A DNA stretch of 63,501 bases, the filler included, from Kipferlia bialata (lineage: Eukaryota): the NCBI GenBank assembly GCA_003568945.1. It is 3 parts of 3 records of this genome, joined end to end, with 100 filler letters (N's around TTAATTAATTAA, not from the genome) between each part and the next. Parts side by side here need not be neighbours in the genome. Positions count along the whole stretch, not along the records: positions 1 to 21,129 come from BDIP01000338.1; positions 21,230 to 42,351 come from BDIP01000339.1; 1 more part is not named here. One strand, 5' to 3'. Made by a program: the position numbers and the translations under genes. Positions 15,601 to 27,693 of the stretch are shown one piece after another; within the stretch, counting starts at the first letter, position 1, and each line of letters starts with the position of its first letter. The notes beneath the pieces are model-generated. The model was given only the letters and a program-made list of their open reading frames with translations. It was not told the origin of the DNA and did not search any database.

Positions 15601-18600
15601 CACTGGTCTGCTAATCCGTCAGGTCGTTGCCGACTTTGGGGGAGAGGAGGACTGGAACAATTACATACATACTAGCGCATCAGTCTTGCATATATACTGA
15701 GTACCCTATTCTTCTTCTCTGTCTCTTAATGTACCCTCTGATCCCTAGGTCGTTGCCGACTTTGGGGGTGAGGAGGAGGGCTGGAACGTGTCCAAGATAG
15801 GGGACGTCATTGACAACCTCAGGTATGTCTCTCTCTATGTGTGTATATATATACATATATATACATATGTTATACACTTGTATGATAACATATTGCCTCG
15901 TCATCGACCTCAGGTATGTATACGTAATTCATATTTAGATCAAAGTAATATATATATATATGTAGTTAGTTTTTGGTTATTTGTCTAACACCAGGTTTGA
16001 GATTCTGCACCATCGGCAGAGCTATCCCAACACAGTCAAGAGAACACTCAGGTATATTGTTATGTGTATGAATGAATATGTATATATATATATATACATA
16101 CGTATATGTATATATATGCATGGGAGTGAGAGAGAGGGAGTGAGAGACCTATCCCAACACAGTCAAGAGGACACTCAGGTATAGATGAACTAACTAATAT
16201 TTGAAAAGTCGATACTTACATGAAGAGATCGTAATGTGGATATCTTATCTCACTCCCATACAGTGTTGGGAGGTGTCATTCCTGATCAGTATAATATATT
16301 GCATTAACACATAATAGTGTAGACTTGGTGTTAAGTGAATATATATTCATATTCACTTATATTTGAATCCACAATATATATATCCACTCATCCCCAGGCA
16401 ATGTTGGGAGGTGTCCTTCCTGATCGGCCAGCTGTCACTCTCCCAGGTAGCCTCTCTCTCTCTCTCCCTCTACACCCTTATTGTCAGGAGTATGACATGA
16501 CACCCCACTCCAAGTACTCTCTCTCTCTCTCTCCCTCTACACCCTTAATATCAGGAGACGGTATGACCCCCCACTCCAAGTACTCTCTCTCTCTCTCTCT
16601 CTAGACCCATAACATCAGGAGTATGGTATGACCCCCCACTCCAAGTATGAGATTGGTGTTCTGACCAGTGAGTCCTTCCTCAGCGACATCATCATGGCCA
16701 TACAGAAGGCTGGGTTCTCAGCTAGGTTAGTACTATATACTATGTATTTTAATTACTAAATAGTATATACTATATGATATAGTATAGTGAGTCCTTCCTG
16801 AGTGACATCAACATGACTATTCAGAAGGCTGGATTCTCAGCTAGGTAATGCAGTTGTATATAGACATTCCACATTGACGCTGGTTGCTAATCATTCCATA
16901 GTCATTCAAGGGTATTGAGTGAATATTCATTGATGTATATATCCTGACCCCCAGACCTGAGATGCGCCTGTACTTTACCAGTGAGAGTCACCTGCACGGA
17001 CTGTACGTGGATGTGTATGCTAAATGCAATACATATACATGTACTAATCCAATGAACTACGGAAGTGGACTGTTCGTAGTTAGTATATAATTACTCATAG
17101 TGTATGTACAGTGTCAGTATCATGATACTTCTCACTTCAGGCTCAACATGCTCCTGTACTCAGACATCCCAGGCCTACAGGTACACATGTGTTGTATATC
17201 TACTCTAGTTATACAAATTACATATTCTATATACTACATTTCTCATCATTCTGAATCAATATGTGTGAATATATAGTCTCACCCCAGGTGGACAAGGCTA
17301 CCATCTTTGATGTCGATAGTATACGTACATACCTATTTATTGAATAGCAATCTTCCCCTTTATCTATATCTACTCACCCCAGGTCGACAGGGCCTCCATC
17401 ATCGACGTTATCATTATGTGAATTAGTTTTTATACTTTCTATTATGTATTATATAGTACATGTATTGAGAGAGAGAGAAAGAGAGTCTCACCCCAGGTCG
17501 ACAGGGCCTCCATCATCGATGTAGACTTCATGGCCCACCTGATCTTCAAGCTCTACTCGGTCTGGAGCACAGAGCTGTCACGCAATGTCTGGACAGTTGA
17601 GGTATGTGCACATCACATATATGAGTACTATTGTACATGTATTGGTGTCCACTACTTACCGTCAGGTCTTCTGGTCCTCTGGAGCGGCACACAACCCTTG
17701 GAAGGTGGGGATAAATATGCATAGATATTGTATACACAAGTATACATATACTGCACCTGGGGTGTACTGATTTATAGGCTGGGTTCCCTGGCCCAAGGAC
17801 CATTCACTATCTCTAGCGATATGCCATGCATACTGTCCTATGGATGTATTCTGCATATGTTAAGGATATACTGATAATTAGGTCGAGGCCGGGTTCCCTG
17901 GCTCTAGGATCCAGACCCCCCTCCTCATACACTCTGCCATCAGGACAACAGACCTCAAGAGGCTGAGGTATATGTATATATATATATATTGAGAGAGTGT
18001 AGTATATGTATAGTATGCATATACCCTCCTGATCCACTCTGCCATCAGGACAACAGACCTCAAGAGGCTGAGGTAGAGATTGTAGTGTACATCCCTATAT
18101 ATATAGTGATGTGTGTATATTGAGGGATAGTATATAGTATATAGTGTATAGTGTATTTATATGCTTTGCTGATCCACAGGACACCAGACTGTCAATATAT
18201 ATATATATAAATATATAGCATGCATTGACCTCAGGAGAGATGCCAAGTTCTGCCAATATATATATATATATATATCACCCCCCTTATCCCAGGAGAGATG
18301 CCAAGTTCTTTAGGGAGGCCACCAGACAGTGTGCTGATGAGGACGTGGACAGCAAGGTATACATTAGCAACATATATATGACACCTTACAAAGATACATT
18401 AGTGTCTGTTTCCGCTATATATGTATTAGTATACCCCTCACCCCAGGCCAAGGAGCATGCCCAGTCTGGATATATATGTGTGTCGCCTTACAATTAGCAT
18501 TAATATATGCATATATTTATATGTATGACATATATATATCCTATTGTACCCCTCACCCCCAGGCCAAGGAGCATGCCCAGTCTGGATATATATATATGTC

Positions 18601-20420
18601 ACCTTACAATTAGCATTAATATATGTATATATTAATATGTATGACATATATGTATCCTATTATGCCCCTCACCCCCAGGCCAAGGAGCATGCCCAGCAGC
18701 CTGGATATATATGTGTGTCACCTTACATATATATATATTATATGTATACATATATGTATATATGACTTATATATATACATACTCTAACCCCCCAGGCCAA
18801 GGAGCATGCCCAGCAGCCTGGGTACATGACGTTGATGAACAGGTATAGTGCATTGTGTATAGGAGGGTATTTGTATATTTATATAGAGAGAGAGCTAGAA
18901 TGATATACAATTTATCATTGTGGTTGGGTTCATGACATTGATGAGCAGGTAGAGCGGATATGCCTATGGGTTTTGCGTCAGTATATACATATATTACCTA
19001 ACCCCCTAGACAGCCCAACAAGTTCAAGGGCATCCAGGGCCAGTGGCCTCTGTCCAGCAAGTACGGTAGACCTGTCAGCGCCATCAGATCACTTGCCAGT
19101 CAGATCCACGAGATTAAGGTAATCATGACATCAATCATTGCATTTGCGGGTTCCAATCTATATATTTGACCAATCAGTTCTTTGATGAACGACAATCAGT
19201 TGTTTGATGAATTCTTTCTTTTCTCTTGTTTTAATATTCCAGGCCCACTCCCACAAGGGGAAGGGGAAGGGCAAGGGGAAGGGCAAGGCTGGGTGGGAGC
19301 GGAAGAGAGACAAGGAGAGGGAGAGAGAGAGGGAGAGAGACAAGAAGCAGAAGCAGAAGGAGGTGGATCCCACCCCTGCAGGTATGTGTGTCACCTGGTA
19401 TATACTAGTATATATTTATATATTATCTCTTGTCCTTGTGTATCACGGACTGTTAATAGTAGGCCTCGACCCCATTGAGATTCCTGTGTTGTGTGTGTAT
19501 ATATATAGCATGTATATATCTAATGTGCATATAATCTTAGATGCGTATATGTACTGACAGTAGGCCTAGACCCCATTGAGATGTCTATGTATATAAATAT
19601 GTATATATACCTATAGAGTCTATATATAGTAAGTATAGTATCAATGATTGCTTACAGTAGGCCTGGCCCCCATTGAGATGTCCCCCAGACAGAGGGAGAG
19701 AGAGAGAGAGAGAGAGAGGGCCAGGATGACTGCCTCCAACCCCATACTGGCCACTACTAAGTCCCAGTCACAGACACACACGAGACAGAACAGCATCACG
19801 GCACTCCCGCACTCCAGGTATACTTACATATATATATTTGTGTGTATATCTGCGATATAGTACGTAGAACGTACCTGACACCCCAGGCTGTGTGTCATTG
19901 GCGACATAGCAGACAGACTCGGAAGCCTCAAGGTAATGTTGTTGGAGTACTGGAATCAATGGCAGTGTATATGAGTTATTCTATGTATTATGTGTATTGT
20001 AATTATTGCAAACAGACATGGAATTATCAATGATCTATATGATACACTCTGCTCTAACTACCAAGGGGAACTTAAGCTAAGGAGACCAGAAATGGTACTC
20101 TTTTATGATTAGACGACTTGTACTCTTACACCCAGGGAGAACTGGAGCTGAGGAGAGAGGCCCACAAGAAGAGAACCACCCTGGCTGGGAGCGGCCTCAA
20201 CACTATCGAGGTGGGGATATGCATTCCATAATTTCTGACGATATATTTGTTCTGTGTACAAGCGTTATGATTGTTGCAGTTGTAATGTAAGATTATTGAA
20301 TGTTTATTTTCTCGCTGTATCACTATACTTATATGCGTGTATATGTACTGAGCTCAGGAGGGTGAGCAGAGTGGAGAGACAGATGGGGACGGCAAGGGAG
20401 ATACCGCCAAGACACTGTAA
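97..20420 (+). CDS. VIP1: Inositol hexakisphosphate/diphosphoinositol-pentakisphosphate kinase (PPIP5K/Vip1 family), multi-exon, 5'-partial; kinase domain followed by two histidine acid phosphatase-like domains
   Basis: Spliced exons give DPVTGKECRQ|IALLTKEERRIAHDVARAFNQRVCGFDMLR|TDTGSYVCDVNGWSFVK|GNKHYYDHCGRILR (Vip1 ATP-grasp kinase motifs). Then VAVMRHADRAPKQK (~2295-2340), KWAGFLT, SSERRV, RFDATHH, RVYVTDEAHMH (~10005), and again VIGVFRHGDRTPKQK (~10985-11025), IIKFGGMLTTAGEEQA, SNDERRVQDTA, SKIGDVIDNLRFEILHH, RLYFTSESHLH (~16965). Last exon EGEQSGETDGDGKGDTAKTL ends at TAA 20418-20420. Confidence 0.9.
14781..14896. other. Assembly gap (N run)
   Basis: Run of N inside an intron of the PPIP5K gene. 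Confidence 0.98.
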
Positions 20421-21129
20421 TTGGTTCAGTGGTTGACGGACTGCATATACACGTGGACACCCGCTTCAGTCCCTCTCTTCCCGGTGGCGTTTCCGCTCTC
20501 TACGATGGTTTGAATGGGTTGTCCAATAGAATTACTCGTTTGTCGAATGATGTTCGGATTTTCTTGCCCATCTTGTGTCCTTATTGGTAGTAGTACGAAA
20601 CACTGTGATAGCTCTCGGTACAACAGCATCCATATATCGGTCTACCATAACAGTGTTAAGTTAACAGTGTGAGACCATAATATTTGCTTGGAGCTTTAGT
20701 GTTGGAATCATGAAATGAGTAACTACATACAGTTGTATATGTATGCCAGGGACTGGCCCAGTCTAGAACCATTCTTGTCAATGCTCAGATCATGAGGGAA
20801 CTTCCACACTCACATACATTTGTATGACGCTTGCATCGATGACAATTAGATGTTTTGTCTACCAATGGTGTACGATGTGGAAGCATTTCGCATTCGGTAA
20901 TATGGGCTGAAGGTATGCAGTATCTGTGACTCCCTATACGCAACTGTCTCTGTGTAGACCTCCTTTCTACTACGTGTCACTTCACTCTCTCACATTTATC
21001 TACTGGTCTATTTCTATCACTGTCTACGTCTCTGTCTCGCCTTTCTCTTGGCCAAAACTTCACTACTTGTCCTCATCCACCCCACCTCCCCTTCCATGCT
21101 GGTGTGGTACTCTGGACTCAGGATGTCAG

Positions 21130-21229
21130 NNNNNNNNNNNNNNNNNNNNNNNNNNNNNNNNNNNNNNNNNNNNTTAATTAATTAANNNNNNNNNNNNNNN
21201 NNNNNNNNNNNNNNNNNNNNNNNNNNNNN
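21130..21229. other. Artificial contig-joining linker N44-TTAATTAATTAA-N44
   Basis: Exactly 100 nt with a palindromic all-frame stop spacer at 21174-21185; identical design at 42352-42451. Confidence 0.95.
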
Positions 21230-21375
21230 TTTAAGGGTAAATTTACCTCCCCCCCCCCCCCCCCCAGCACTCTACCAGGTATATGTCCCTGAATAGTATG
21301 TATATCCCTCCACCCCAGAAACACTAACGTCAGGGACAGTACTGTTTCCACCGTTGTTATCTGGTGAGAGACAGG

Positions 21376-21407
<32 letters not shown>

Positions 21408-21787
21408 CTGGCCAGACCTTTGGTCTCCTGTCTCTGGTGGGTGTATGATTATATAGTTCACAATATATACTGTCGTAGTGCATGTTATAGAATATATACC
21501 ACATATAGTGTATTTACCATTTGTTGCAGTTTCAAATTGCAATAAATATTGTAATTTACAACTTGCAAATTACATTATTCTATGAGTATACGGGTATTAT
21601 GCTTCCAGTAGTATGGCACCGATGCACTCTCTTCTTGTCACAAGAAGTTCTTGTGAATGAGTATCTGGTTTACTGTATATTAGATATATATATATATATA
21701 TACGTATATATGTGTGCATATATGTCTCTCTGCTGTATACTCATAATCTTACCCGTGGACTACTTAACACCCAGTTCATAGACGCGT

Positions 21788-22741
21788 ATGACGCCTAAAC
21801 AGTGGTATGACCGATACGTTGTGGGAGTTTCTGAGATCACAGACCCATATCAGCAGCGAATAAGCCCTCAAGTGGTTGCCTTGGGACACAATGAGGCTCT
21901 ATTGACATACGAATTGTACATGCGGGGACGTGTGTGGAAACTGCTGACACTCAACGATGACCACACTGTGAGAGAGACCACACTCAACACCCCGGCTTAT
22001 GTCTCAGAACTCGTAGGTGTATCGATTGTCAGAGTGCAAGATAGTGTGGTTGTCTGTGGGGCCAAAAGGTCAAACGGTAGTGCTGAGTTTTCAATGGCCA
22101 GATTCGACTGTGAACATAGATCCTGGGAAAGCCTCGATCACCTTCCTGGAGACAAACCCTTCACGAGACTCTCTCCCATGTTGTCTACCTTAGGAGATTC
22201 TTCACTTATGCTCGGAGGTGGATGGGATACTGATGGTGAGGCTGCCACCAATGTGTGGGTGTGGAGTGCTAGTACTTGCACTTGGACCAAAGGTGAAGAC
22301 CTACCAGTGATTGCTTTTGACAAGGATTCAGCAGTGTCTACCCGCAATGAATGTATCTTTCCAGGGAGAGATGGCTTTAGCTTGTCTCTCTGCGACAACT
22401 ATCTCAGACAAGAAGGGGAGAGATGGACATTCGTCTCAACATATGCGGTTGAGCCTACGGAAGTATGTGCCAGTTTCGGATCCATGTATCAGGTTCTACT
22501 GCTTTGCCGCCGAGGTAGATGGTTGGGAGAGGGACATATGACCACCAGTGTGTGGTTGTACGACGTTGTGTATGGGGATCTGACCCCCTGTGAATCCCTT
22601 CCTGTTATAGACAGCAGCCAACGAAGTATATCTGCCACTATGATCAACCCCACTACTGCTATTGTGGTCGGCAACAAGGACATGGTTGTGGTGGATGTGC
22701 TGCCAAAGGTACCGGGTAGTAACGTATACCACGAGATATGA
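21788..22741 (+). CDS. Kelch/beta-propeller-like protein, paralog 1 (intronless CDS, 317 aa)
   Basis: Clean long ORF; Kelch-like segment LSTLGDSSLMLGGGWD...VWVWSASTCTWTKGEDLP; shares ends with neighbours (QWYdRxVV..EIT, NEALLTY, DDHTV, MINPTTA.VVG..D.VVVDV.P). Confidence 0.8.
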   Translation: MTPKQWYDRYVVGVSEITDPYQQRISPQVVALGHNEALLTYELYMRGRVWKLLTLNDDHTVRETTLNTPAYVSELVGVSIVRVQDSVVVCGAKRSNGSAEFSMARFDCEHRSWESLDHLPGDKPFTRLSPMLSTLGDSSLMLGGGWDTDGEAATNVWVWSASTCTWTKGEDLPVIAFDKDSAVSTRNECIFPGRDGFSLSLCDNYLRQEGERWTFVSTYAVEPTEVCASFGSMYQVLLLCRRGRWLGEGHMTTSVWLYDVVYGDLTPCESLPVIDSSQRSISATMINPTTAIVVGNKDMVVVDVLPKVPGSNVYHEI

Positions 22742-23783
22742 GTCGACATTATGACACAATGGTTGCAGACTCTATGTACATGACGAAATATATTCTACCA
22801 GTTACTGGTCCAGTATCAAGATACGTAGTGACTGCTGCAAAAGAGGTTACACTTATGGTTACCCTTCTAAGGCTCACCATAGCTACCGGCAATTAGTCCT
22901 TGGGGCACTGAAGTGGCTGCCATCCAAACAAACACTGCTCCAGATCGAGCCAACGCCGTTGGCCCAACGGGGGGAAATACTTTCTCAAAAAAGTGGAGAA
23001 ATATGCAGCCCTTCTGCATGTGTCACGTCCAAGAGAACTGCTGTCTAGTGTAGACATATCTACCTCTGATCTCTAGATAGTAATGTAAAATACTACTCAG
23101 TGAGTAGTACTCACGTATATGTGTAATTGTCAGTGGAACTATCAGCGTGTGTTCTTGCCCAACACACAAGGGATGTAGCCTACACCGTGTAGGCTCTGAC
23201 GGTCTATTGTTGTGAAAAGCCATAGATCTCTGGGAACATAGTGCTACAATAGGTCAGTGATTCACTGACTCAGTGAATACTGGCCGATAACTCTGACCCA
23301 AGGCGACCGAATTTACTTAGTTCTAGAACTCTTGTCTTGCTATTGTCTTGCTATTGTCATCATTTCCGCTCTCCTCCAGAGTTATCTAATAGAAATTTTC
23401 TTACTGTCAAACACTCGAGAGTCACTACGAGTATTTGATGGGCTAATTAATAATTGACGTGAATGAGACTACATCTGTCACTCTAACTTGAGTGTAATAC
23501 TTGCTCTAGTCTTTCCACAGTTTCTGTAGTATCAGTGATGACTCATTGTCCATAGTATGGACCATCGTACCTACTGAGGGATTTGGCTCACTAAAGTGGG
23601 GGTTCTAACTCAAATGTGTCAACAATATCCAAGGAGACTGCTGCCTCGTGCCAGACTCTGGCCCAGAGTGTGCCTCTGCACCCAACTCATGTGACAAACG
23701 GTAGGACAATAGTGAGTCCATAATTATTCCAGATAGAACATCAGTGCAGCTCCCATATGGGTACCAGTTGAATCGTTCAACCC

Positions 23784-24740
23784 TCATTCCTCATTGTATA
23801 TGCTGGGACCAAGCACCTCTGGCGGCACATCCACCACAACAGTGTCACTGCCGCCAACCAGAAGAGCAGTAGTGGGGTTGATCATAATAGCAGACACGCT
23901 GCCTCTTACGCTGTGTGTGGGAGGAAGGGGGGCACAGGGTGTAGCGTCACCGGAGACTATGTCGTACATACAGAAACATGTGCAGACCTCCCATTGTATC
24001 ATTCTCTGCTCTGTGTCACACAGCAGGATACGCTGGTATGTGGATCCTAGACTGGCCTGTACCCTATAGGGCTCAGGAACAGATGTTGAGACAGAGGTCC
24101 ACCTATCTTCTTCTAGTATGGGAGTCCCGTTGTGTAGTGAGAAGCTGACCCCCTCCTTTCCTGGGAAGATGCACCTATCATGGGAAGATACAGCTGTGTC
24201 CCCTTTATGGGACATGCGGTGTAGGTCTTCACACTCAGTCCACTCGCCAGAATTCCATATCCATGTTCCGTAAGCTCCCCTGGAAGTCTTACGTCCCAAG
24301 TGAAGAACGAAGGAAGAATCCCCTACGGCGCACAAGTTGGGATACAGATCTGGGAAAGGTTTCTCTCCAACAACGTGGTCTAGGCTTTCCCACGTTCTGC
24401 AATCACAGTTGAATTTGGCCATGGAAAACTCTCCACGATACCCTCTCTTCACTCCACAGGCAAATACACTGTCCCCCAGCTTTACAATCGAAGGGTAGTC
24501 GAGGTTTGAGACAAATGTAGGTACGTCAAGTGTGGTCTCGCTGACGGTGTGGTCATCATGTAGAGTCAGGACCTTCCAGAGACGTAACCTCTCTGGAAGA
24601 GATCCAGTGTATACATAGTAAGTCAAAAGGGCCTCGTTGTGTCCTATAGCAACCATGTCAGTGTCAAACCTCTCCTCACTGAGCTCTGTGATCTCTGGAA
24701 GTGCTATGACACATCGCTCATACCACTGCTTGAGAGGCAT
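23784..24740 (-). CDS. Kelch/beta-propeller-like protein, paralog 2 (intronless CDS, 318 aa)
   Basis: Colinear with paralog 1 along its whole length (MPLKQWYERCV...GHNEALLTY...IMINPTTALLVGGSDTVVVDVPPEVLGPSIYNEE). Confidence 0.8.
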   Translation of the reverse strand: MPLKQWYERCVIALPEITELSEERFDTDMVAIGHNEALLTYYVYTGSLPERLRLWKVLTLHDDHTVSETTLDVPTFVSNLDYPSIVKLGDSVFACGVKRGYRGEFSMAKFNCDCRTWESLDHVVGEKPFPDLYPNLCAVGDSSFVLHLGRKTSRGAYGTWIWNSGEWTECEDLHRMSHKGDTAVSSHDRCIFPGKEGVSFSLHNGTPILEEDRWTSVSTSVPEPYRVQASLGSTYQRILLCDTEQRMIQWEVCTCFCMYDIVSGDATPCAPLPPTHSVRGSVSAIMINPTTALLVGGSDTVVVDVPPEVLGPSIYNEE

Positions 24741-25389
24741 ATTGGTGTATATACAGGGGCCTGGTATCCTTGTCTACAAGTAAGGTAATGGAAGAAGAAG
24801 GCTCAGATGATGATTGAACAGTGGCAGTCTTCTTTCACTCTACTGTAATTAGTAGGTTTCTAGGACGTCTGAAACCATCAAATACCTGGAGAATACAGCT
24901 GCACACTGCATAGTGTACAGTAGTCTACAGTTTGAAGAACAAAACTTGTACGGTACAGACTGTACAATAGCAAGTGTCCTTGACTCAAGTACCTTGAGAG
25001 TATGTGAAGGTTAAGTCTTGGGTCACCACTTTCTGTTATCCCAATTTGATGTAGTAACTACACCATGCTTTTGTAATTCAGTTAATCTCTCTAATTACCT
25101 CAGTATTGCTATGTGTGACACTTACAAATTGAACGTTCCAAATATTAAAATGATATATAGTATCGTAGAACTGTGCAAAACCGCGCGTATTTGGATCCCA
25201 CACTATTCCTAACTCTCTTCCCCCTACACTATTGTTCACACATATCATCACCCTTACAATTAGAGATCCACTTTGTGAGAGTGAATGAGTATGACTTCAT
25301 ATAGTTTACAGTGTACACTTGTACTATATTCATGTTTACTCATCAGTAAGTCTTCCTCTTGCCAAGACTCTTGAAGAGTCTTGGTTCAA

Positions 25390-26605
25390 TCACTCATTGT
25401 ATATGCTAGAACCTAGCACCTCTGGCAGCACATCCACCACAACTGTGTCCTTGTAACCAACCACAATAGCAGTTGTAGGGTTGATCATGGTAGCACAGAC
25501 AGGGCGTTCCAGGGCACACCGTACAGGTAGAGACTCACATGGTTCCAACTCCCTGGAGACTACATCATATATATACGCCCCGGTATCAGCTACACCATTA
25601 CCAGAATAGTGCAATTTCAAGAGTATACGACTGTACGAATCTCCGATGGCTGCACTAACCCGACGGGGCTCAGCAACCGAGGTTGAGTTATACGTCCAGC
25701 ACTCTCTCGTTGACACTAGGGAACCACCTATGTCGGTGAACGTAACTCCACGCGACCCTGGAAATGACACGTTATCTCCGTATGAAATAGTGGCATCACA
25801 TGCAGTACGGTGCCTACATATGGGCTCCCACTCAGTGCACTGCATGGTATCAGCATGCCATAAGTATGCATGTGCACAAGAGTATGGGTACCTGCCAGAA
25901 TACACACCACCCGCCAAAAGGAAACGAGATGGTCCAGTATCTCCTATAGCGCAGAGAGAGGGACGCTTCATTGGCTGAAGGTTGATACTGGGCGCTGGAA
26001 TGGTCTCGTCCCAGGCTTGGGCCTCAATACTGTACCGGCCGAAGAAGAGCTCTTCTGGCAGCCCACTCGCTTGGAAGTCACCCGTAGACACCCCACATGC
26101 TATAACATAGTTCCCCACTCTGGCTATTGTCGGCCTCTCTGCTAAACCTAGTACTTTTGGCACAATTAGTGGCTTCTGTGTCACTGTGTGATCGTCATTG
26201 AGAGCTAATAGTCTCCAGACCTAGTAATTAGAACTGAGTGCTAAGGACACGTATGGCGACGCTATTGCACCCACCTACATATGGTTGGGAGGGCACAGCT
26301 TATGTATTTCATCAACTTACTGGCTCTGTAACCACTTCTTACCTGGTCCTCCCCCGCAGTCTGGTATGTAAGCATTGCTTCATTGTTATCCAGGGGGACG
26401 ACCTGGGGAAACAACCTCTCCTCTGCCTCCTCTGTTGTTAGTATAGAACACTAATCGGATTACTGTCATTTACTTGTCCAATTAGAAAGACCCTAACTGA
26501 TCCTGAGAGGAATTCAATTCTCTTATCGTTACCTAGGACTAACCCCTCACCTGTGATCTCTGGCAGAGCCACTACACACCGGTCGTACCACTGCTCCAAG
26601 GGCAT
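25390..26605 (-). CDS. Kelch/beta-propeller-like protein, paralog 3 (3 exons: 26605-26551, 26431-26343, 26220-25390; ~324 aa)
   Basis: Two GT-AG introns with CTAAY-type branch motifs restore a colinear protein: MPLEQWYDRCVVALPEIT|EEAEERLFPQVVPLDNNEAMLTYQTAGEDQ|VWRLLALNDDHTVTQK...MINPTTAIVVGYKDTVVVDVLPEVLGSSIYNE. Confidence 0.85.
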
Positions 26606-27693
26606 GATAATATCGCTGAAAGTCAGGGAATAGATATATATATTGGTCGTTTCACAGCTTCAGCGGCATGGCACTACCAGTCGTGGTATTCTTATATATA
26701 GAATTGATATTTATATATTCATATACATATAATTGACCAAAGGGGTGACACCTTGGAGCCTATATACAGTTGGCTCAACGACCACGTGACGTTAAGCTTA
26801 TGATGTCTAGACAGAGTCAGCAGCGCTGAGGGTTAGAGACAGAAGCAGTGTACACTATATTTTATTTGTAGTCTATGAATAATAGTATGCGTGAGATGTT
26901 GATACTGTAACGGTGGGGAAGGAGAGAGGGAGGAAGAGAGGGGTGATACAAACAAATGTAATTTGTGGTAGGTGGTATGTGCTTATCGATATACATAATG
27001 CATAGTAATTTTCCAAATAATGCTTAACAGTACATTGAAAAGCGATGACTCTCTATGACCCACACTATGAGAGAGACACTGAGATTCTCAGTGAGAAGTG
27101 CAGTTGTAGTGGTGTTGGGGGGGGGGGGTGGTGTGTGGGGGGGGGGGGGGGGGGGGGGGGGGGGGATTTAGGTTCCGTGTCATACTAATAATACATTTGT
27201 ACTGTTGTTTGTGTGTACACACGCCATTTTATCCCTTCGGGGACGATAGGTGGAGTCAGTCCATTGACCTAGTCTCCCCCGCCAAAACTGTATAGGCTCT
27301 TTAAAGAGGATTCCAACGCATCAGAGAGTGTTTATTGTTAGTGCCTACCATTCACTCTGCTCTTGTGAATGGAAGCGTCAAGGCAAGGCAATTAAGCTTA
27401 GGCTATACCCCAGACACTGTACTTCAGTCTTACCTACTTCAGTAGCCGGTCAGTCTGGACCCTTTTGAATGAAGACAAAAACAAAGGGGTGGAAAATATG
27501 TTTCGAAGATGAACATAATTCATCCCCAAAGTGCAATTCTGCGATTTCCCGTCTGGCTCTTCAAGCTCCAGTGCGTTGAGGCCTGGATAGTGAGAGACCA
27601 CCCGCTTGACTAGTAGAGGGTCTCTGAGTGAGATACGGGGCAGAAATGGAGAAGCCCAAGATGAGCATTGAGACTGCGTCTCAGTATGACACA

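Noticed and set aside
254..20400. Numerous 60-150 aa ORFs rich in YI/IY, RE or SL dipeptides
   Set aside because: Translations of (TA)n/(GA)n microsatellite introns; the real coding signal is in short spliced exons.
21174..21185. TTAATTAATTAA palindrome as transposon target or regulatory site
   Set aside because: Centred in symmetric N runs and repeated at 42396; an artificial spacer.
27115..27165. Poly-G run as a functional G-quadruplex
   Set aside because: Similar ragged homopolymers coincide with gene truncations elsewhere, so low-quality sequence is the simpler explanation.
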